Assembly: GCA_965112155.1 (NCBI GenBank)
Contig: OZ218100.1
Direction: 5' to 3' (one strand)
Length of the DNA stretch: 64,000 bases
Source of the DNA: Podarcis liolepis
Taxonomy: Eukaryota
Positions 56,575-64,000 of the stretch are shown here, in pieces (the stretch's first letter is position 1; each line of letters opens with the position of its first letter). The notes under the pieces were generated by a model. It had not been told where the DNA came from. It saw nothing but the letters and a program-made list of their open reading frames with translations, and ran no database searches. A program made the position numbers and the translations under genes.

Positions 56575-59500
56575 AGTCCTAAGATGTTCTGTGGTTTTAA
56601 AAATACCATGTTTTTGTTCAATGAACTATTACTGTGAGTTTCCAAGCTAAGTGGAAAATGCTGGCCTCAGATAACTGGGAACTGCTGACCAGACACCTTT
56701 CCTAAGAAAGTTGACTTGCTTTGCAAGTCAAATGATACATTTAGGAAAAACATTGAATAGCAGCCTGATGCTAAACACATTTTACATGGAAATAAATATC
56801 CCCCTAAATTCCAACTAAATAAAACCTGTGGCATTGTGCAACAGGACTCCCCCCATCTCCTCCCCTGAACACAGTCCCAAATTTGCTCCTAGGGGCAGGG
56901 ACATAGTGTGGGGAGGGTCAGGAGGCATAGTCCCAGGCGCTTCCACTCAGGGATCCCCACCCTGCCTACCACTGGGGGTCTCTGGGCCCCAGAGCCTGGC
57001 CCATCTTTTATTCCCCCATTCATCATAACTCCCTAGCCGCTTCACCTATGCTTCTGACATTTTGCAGGTTACTTTCCTAGGGGCACTTCTGTGGTGCATA
57101 TTGGCTAGGACTGATGGAAAGTGGAGTCCAACAACATAAGGCAGGTCACATATTCCCCACCCTGAAGTACATCATTTTCATATTAACATTGCTACCCATA
57201 AAATCACAGGAAGGGAAGTAAATCTCTTTTAATCTTCTACCAGAAAAAGAACAACTTCAAAGGTACCTATCAAAAAATAATAATACAAAACCCTGGATCT
57301 ATTTCTCTGTAACTTGGCAAGTTTCTGACCAAGGGGTACTGCTGTGGTGTGGGTTATTTACACATACAAAATGCCCGTAAAACAAGAATGGGGAGGGTAA
57401 ATGAATCCTTTTTTAACTATCTCAAAATTGTAATGCTTGATCCTTGCAGTAAAACCACAGAAGCCATCATTCTGAAATGTGACAGGATTCAGCACTTCAA
57501 AAGAGGCCACGGTACCTGCAAATTTTATTCAATTCTACCAAAAAATTAAAAGGTTTTTAAAAAATGTTCTTTAAACAAAAGCATAGGTCCAGCATAAAAT
57601 TCCCTGAACCTATCTGTCTCTACTTTAGCTGACTTTCTCCAATCAGGAGGGTCTACTATGCCTGTAAATTTCACCCAATTCTGTCAAAATGAAAAAAAGC
57701 CTGTAGCCTTTCTTTCAATTCCCCATAGGAGTGAATGGTAGCAGCATGAAGTTTCAATTTTCCAAACTGGGATTCAGTTGCAGATCATCAGCTAAACTGA
57801 ATCTAGCAGCTTTATGAAACCTCAACTTGAGGTCTGAACCAAGTCTTGTGGTCAGCACACACTAATGTATTCACCAGTATTCTTTACTTCTGAAGGGTTC
57901 TTATTCCTTAGAAACATGCCAGATGTTTCCATCCTTGCCATTAGTGTCCCAAGGAAATCTGAGATACACTGTGAAACTGAGGCAAAGACATATCAGAATT
58001 TGCTCCAGAATGAGACAGTTCAGTTATAGGCAGGCATCAACCAATGAGAGCATATTACATTGATTCTGAAGCAGTTCCAGTGGATCCCAGTTAGATTCCC
58101 ATATGTGAAGATCATCAAATGAGGGTCTGCTCTTACTATGACAACCTTCAGAGGTGAAGTTGCTAAATTTGGGGAGCAGGGCTGTTTAAGTTGCACAACT
58201 CATTGTTTTGATTGCACAACTTACAATGTTTTATCAAGCTCACTCTTTCATTGTTTTTGTTTTGTTTTATGAAGATCACAAAAACCTTTCTGTTTCAGGG
58301 GACTTTTGATCCAACTGACTGGTTTTCTCCCATTATGTTGTTGATTTTCAGGCTAAGACACAATGGTGTCAGTTCACTGCAGAATAGAATTCACTAGTAC
58401 AATTACCTCCTTCCTCACCACCCCCACCCCCAGTCTTCTCTGGAGGTCCATTAAGGCAAAATTGCCATGGGGAGGGGTCTATCTTGGCTGAAACACTAGC
58501 ATATACTTTTGAAAAATAGATAAGTGATCGAATTTACAAGCGTTATCAACATGACAAGCTATTCCATTGTGATGCAGGCAAAAAGGCCAAGACCTACTAT
58601 TAGCATTGAGTCAATGTGTCAAATCACTCCAGGAGCAGTCAAAGTCTCCATCATTCATGCACTAGAAATCATTAACATTTCATCTGTGTCACAGCATGGG
58701 TACATTAAAATATGGAAAATATTTGAAGCACTTCATAAAGGCCTGGCTGCAGCTAGATGCAAATGTTTCCAAAATTCCATATCCACAGTTTCCATCTTAC
58801 CCAGCCACAAACAATAACTTTCTTTAAGTAGTTTCCCTATTCTAGGTTCCCATCTTCCTATCACTAGATGGGCAGTATCTGTATCTATACAAGCCTCAGA
58901 AACCACAAAAAGTTACAAGTGAATCTTCTAACAGGGCTTCCTCTGTTCTCCCTGCACAACTCCGTGCCTCTTCTCCCAGAGACCGTTCTCTTACTATGTA
59001 CATTCCATACATTTAAAGTACACCCCCCCCAAAGAATCCTTGGATCAGTAGTTTACCCCCCACAGAGCTGCAATTCTCAGCACCCTTACCAAACCACAGT
59101 TCCCAGGATGTGAGAGCTTTTAATGTGTTTTAAATGTATGGTTTGTAGTATGCAGCCAGTATCCCTTCCAGTCCCACCTGGCTCACACTTCCCTTTAGTT
59201 CAAGGCACAATCCCTGAGGGTAAGCCACATTAAATATAGTGGGATTTACGGTATGTCTGAGTAGACATGCCTAAGAATTGGACTGTTAATCTCCATATGA
59301 ACATCATTTCTGGCAACAGCACAAAATAGGGTCATTGGAATGAATTGGGCAAATTAATTTACTGCAAATCCGTTTTTCTATATTAGCTTCCCTGGCACTG
59401 CAGCCTGTAACTGGCTAACCAGGGAAACCAATGGAGATGACTAACTTAAGTCCATTAATTTCAGTTTGGCAAATGCAATGCTTTGTCTTGGTGAACCTGC

Positions 59501-61660
59501 TTCAACCACAAATGCAATGATCAACGTTATCTCCTATGCAGGACTATAACAAGACAAGGAGGAACTGTATACCTGGCGCCTCTGGCTGGTGCCCTCAATC
59601 TAGGAACAAGGAAGTTAAAATAGAAAGGGATGCGGAGTATCCACAAGAAGCTATGGGGAAAAGGAAGGAGCAATGCAACATTGATTCCTAGCACTGGCAA
59701 ATGGATCGGAGGCACTATGCCTTCTGGTCCAAGCAAACTGCTCCCTGGAAAGGTGCCAGGGAGGATGTTCTGCATCCTCTGGAAACAATGTGTACCTTTC
59801 ATGGTGAGTAGAGGCTGCCTATAATATATAATTTGTGGAATTAAGACAGAAGAGAAGTCTGGCCCAGAAACCTCAATTTCTTCATTATCATTCTGCTGGC
59901 TGGGATCATTTAGGTTACATGGAAATGCCTCCATTTCCTTACCACATAAAATTCCAGCAGTTATGCAACGTGCCTTTCTATTCTAGAGGCATTTGTAAGA
60001 AGCCAGTAACACTTTTATTGCAGAATGGATCACTTCCTCTAGGCCGATTTGTTTTTTCCTAGAAATATGGCATTCCCACAGAAAGGACAAGTGACGTGAT
60101 TGTTTGACAATTGGCAAAAGTCTCTTGAAAATGTCAGAATCCAAAAAACTAAGTACGCAAAATTTAAATAATGCATGAGACAGCACTAAATCTCCTCAGC
60201 AGACACAGAGTCTCTTTGTGTGGTGCAAGCCCTTTGCGACTCAAAACATGTACGTAACGTTCCTATGTTATGCTAAAAACTTCATTGTAAAGAAATGTCA
60301 CTTGTGCTGGTACCAATTCAGTCTGTAGGAAGTCCACAATCTCTAGAACATTTTTAATTAACTGTTAGAATATCAGAAGAATAGAGAATATCTAGAGATT
60401 GATAACTCTCTACAATTAAAAAGGCATGCTGCAAAAAAAATCTGTAACTAAACCATAAAATATGATGAGCTCTTTTGCAAAAGAGTAAGTATTTGAGCGT
60501 TGCAGTTCTCAGAGTTTGAAAAGAAGGGTGCTATTTCCTTCAGCATTTCCTTCCTTCCTTCAGTTTCCTTCCTTCAGTTTTATGGGGGGAAAGGAAAAAT
60601 TATCCAATATTTACAGAGAGATGCACTGGACTCTTATAACTTTGTTAAACTGAGTTTTGTAACTTCAGAAGGCTAAATGCATTTGCAAAAGGTAGGCTAC
60701 ATCATCTCCTGGAATAAACTGGCCCAAAACACATCAACGTTTATCTACAAAAACAACACTGTGCATTAATTTAAATTCAAAACATAATGTGGTTGTTCAC
60801 AAAGCAAGTATAAAATGTTTGAGTGCTTGTTCTGCTGACTTGCTTTAAATGACATGGAGTACTTTAAATGGTAAATTAGTTCCTCTGCTTTGATCAGTTA
60901 TTCTGAGGCCCTGATATCCAATATTTGTAACATCTTTAAGACAATGATGGAATATTATTTTCAGACATAGGTCATTTGTCAATTTTTTGAAGAATGGTTA
61001 TGCAAATTACAGTTAATAGTATAGTTTCTGTCAGAAGTTTTTCTCCCAGAATTGCAGTAATAATAATAATAATAATCCTATATTCTGTTTAAATTAATCT
61101 ATTTAACAGATATAGTATACAGCATGTTCTTGTCATTTGACATTAATACCTCAAGGCAAACAAGTTAGCTCTTGCCAGAACTGCTCTTACCACCTCCTCT
61201 CCATGGGAAAAACAGATTAGAAAAACAGTAGCTCTCAGAAAAAGTTGATTGTTAGCCATCTACTGGGTTTCCATTCATTACAATTGCTGTGTTTATCATT
61301 ATGTTTTATTTCTAGTGTATGACCCATGGTTTTGGCTCAGGCTATAAAAAAAGGGAGGAATGGAAAACTCCAAGGGGGGTTGGGGCATAGGAAGGAGAAT
61401 GATGAGGTGAAATATTCCAATTCATTTTTTAAGTTAACTATGCCAAAATGTGAAATTGATCCAGCACCAACAATTGCAAGGAAAAGCAGTAAGTAGCTTT
61501 GTAGAAAACCAATATGTTATTATATGACAGTGCATCTGCCATATAATAACAACAATACTATGTTCCATTTCAGGATGAAATCTTAGTATTGGTTACATGA
61601 AGGATGTGTGTCAGGTACAATGTAGTCCTCTGGTGGACCATTGGCCAATTTCTGGTAGAC

Positions 61661-61796
61661 CAGGGTGTCCCAAATTTGGGTCTCCAGCTGTTTTTGGACT
61701 ACAACTCCCATCATTCCTAGCTAGCAGGACCAGTGGTTGGGGATGATAGGAATTGTGGTCCAAAAACAGCTGGAGACCGAACTTTGGGAAACCCTT
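61661..61796. mobile_element. hAT palindromic MITE (family of 49094-49229)
   Basis: CAGGGTGTCCCAAA...TTTGGGAAACCCT; GGACTACAACTCCCATCAT arms; degenerate TSD TGGTAGAC/TGATAGAG. Confidence 0.8.
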
Positions 61797-61900
61797 TGAT
61801 AGAGCTTCTAGCTAGCACCTGCTGGTTACTGGGATTTCTGCAAAGAGTGTTGAACTCTATGAACTTTAATCTGATTTCCAGCATGAGGCATCCCTTACGT

Positions 61901-61987
61901 TAGTGGTTTTCATCCAGTGTGCCATGGCACCCTGGGGTGCCTTTAATGATGGTCAGGGGTGCCGTGGGCAACACTGGCCTCTGTCCC

Positions 61988-62027
<40 letters not shown>

Positions 62028-62457
62028 TTTCTTTCCTTCCTTCCTTCCTTCCTTCCCTCCCTCCTCTGATGCCCTCTTGCCTCCCAAAGGTTTACACAAC
62101 TGTTGGTTGCAGCAGCCCAGGCTACAAGCTCCCCAGGTGAATGGCGCCTCTGGGGCTGAGTAGGTGGTGCTCCCCAGGTCCCTGTGGGGCAGTGTGAGGA
62201 GGCACCTCTCTTTGGGGCATTGGGGGCAGCTCAGAGACCAGGGGCAGCAGCAGCAGCAGCTGTCTGGAGGACTCCCAAGGGGAGAGGAGAGGTGACTGAG
62301 GGAACACTCCACAAAGGAGAGTGTTCGATAAAGGGCGAGGCTGCCAGCTCCTCAGGCAAGGGGTGATATAACTGGGCTCCTGAGCCCCACAGGGTTGCCA
62401 CAAAAAGAATGTAGTTGGTCAAGGGAGCCACAGACTCAAAAAGTTAGAAAACCTCTG
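61901..62457. mobile_element. Non-autonomous hAT (Charlie-like) element, 557 bp
   Basis: Imperfect TIR TAGTGGTTTTCA/AGAAAACCTCTG; perfect 8-bp TSD CCTTACGT at 61893-61900 and 62458-62465; internal (TTTC)n(TTCC)n and GC-rich cargo. Confidence 0.85.
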
Positions 62458-64000
62458 CCTTACGTTATTAAGCAAGAATGTACACTCAGGATCACTTAAC
62501 ATAGTTATGTCTTAACTATTAACAGGCCGTGAGAACACACTCTTTATACATTTAAAACACATTACTTTTAGCAGCTTCTAACTCCTAGACAGTGAGCAGC
62601 TTCCAGGAAGCAGAATATTCTTGGGCTGGGGAACAAAGTTATATTAGGGCCTAGGTGGGTAGACAAAGAACGCAGACATACACACCAAGTCCCATACTAT
62701 GGGGTGAATTTAGAAGCGCTATAAAGTAAGTTTGTGTGTGACTCTGTGGGGTCAGTACAGAGATCTAAAAGTTCATCTGCTGTAACACGGATCACTCTTA
62801 CAAAGTTATGCATCGTTTGTCCATGAAGCCAGACAGCCAGGGACAACATTTCAGGTTTCAATAGTGAAGACTTTTCAGTGTTGGGAAACACAAGATGCAT
62901 AGCTAGTTAGGAACATAAGCAACTAGATAGCTAGAAATGTGACGTTGTGCAACAATGGCCTCTGGGCAGTTACGGCATTCCAAGCAGTCACCTTCCATTA
63001 AACTAAACTTTATGTTAAATGAATTATGGCAGTGGGAGGTGTCCAACAAACCAATTCCATTAGCACACAGACTTCTGACTGCACAATGGATCATCCTTTC
63101 CTTCCCACATTCCCTAAACAGAGGAAGGGAAAGTTGTGTTGCACAAACAGAAATCCTTGCACTAACAGAACTGGTTCACTGGATACCACCCAGTGTTTTC
63201 CACCAGCTGGGCTTGAGCCACTTTCAGATGGGCCTCAGTGGCACAGCCCACAAAGTGTCTCCTCATAGGCCTCGCCTGCCCTCTAGCCATTTCATAGCTT
63301 TCCAGCTGGACCAATGCCAGCGCCAATAACTCCTTGCTTGCTGAGAAAAGATGACTGAGAGACAGTTAAGTTTGATGGCAGGAGGAAAAAAGGCCATGGC
63401 AGGTATTGAAGGAAAATTAAAAAGTGAAAGGTTGATATTTATTAATAATAAATAATTAAGCAAGCGAAGTGGAGATATAAAGGAAGGTGATAAGACTCTG
63501 CATCTCTTATTCATGGGCTGGACATTTCCAGATCACCATTTGAAAAAAGAAACTGCATTGTCAAAAAAAAAAAAAAAGAGAAGAGGACAAACTTGCATAA
63601 ATTTGCACATATTAATGAGTATAGAAATAAACCTAGAAATAATTGCAAACACAATACATCTCACCATGGTAGGGAAGATTGTGCCTTGATGACTTGGGTA
63701 CCTGTTCAGTCCACAGTCCAGTCTACCTAATGGGCAGCTTTATGGTACTTTATCTCCCTTCTTATGGCTCTTTCTCTCTAAACCAGAACTGGAATGGACA
63801 GTCCTTTAAACAGAAGACTGTCTTCTGAAAAGTAGGGCATGTCTCAATCCCACTTACAAGTTTCCATTAAGTTATCAAGCTAGGAGTAACTTTTATTTTT
63901 TCTTATGTTATTTCGTATCACTAAAGGTTTTTTAATTAGCCCTTTGTGAAAATCCATCCTATTCTAGTACTTTCTGCTTTCCACCCCTTGTTCTTTCAAG

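Overview
Vertebrate genomic DNA, most likely from a squamate reptile and probably a lacertid lizard (Sauria SINEs, tRNA/CR1 SINEs and squamate-type MITEs are present). The whole window lies inside one minus-strand gene, collagen type XII alpha-1 (COL12A1). I traced 46 consecutive GT-AG exons from 54981 down to 315 that splice into one open, phase-consistent frame: FN3 repeats 6-8, VWA3, FN3 repeats 9-18, a Pro-rich hinge, VWA4, the TSPN/LamG domain and the start of the COL2 triple helix (roughly human exons 14-59, numbering from memory). The gene continues beyond both window ends. Most entries in the ORF track are spurious or partial exon read-throughs. Introns contain many non-autonomous DNA transposons (hAT with 8-bp TSDs, Tc1/mariner-type with TA TSDs), SINEs, LINE fragments, tandem duplications, microsatellites and a 131-N gap. 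The most notable observations are: a 954-bp hAT element with a perfect TSD carrying a CpG-island/promoter-like cargo (Pack-type capture candidate); a perfect 128-bp Penelope-derived palindrome; a candidate furin site (RPRR) in FN3-7 of the long isoform; an RGD-to-HGD change in COL2; and three perfect AP-1 sites within 44 bp. No new protein-coding system is supported.
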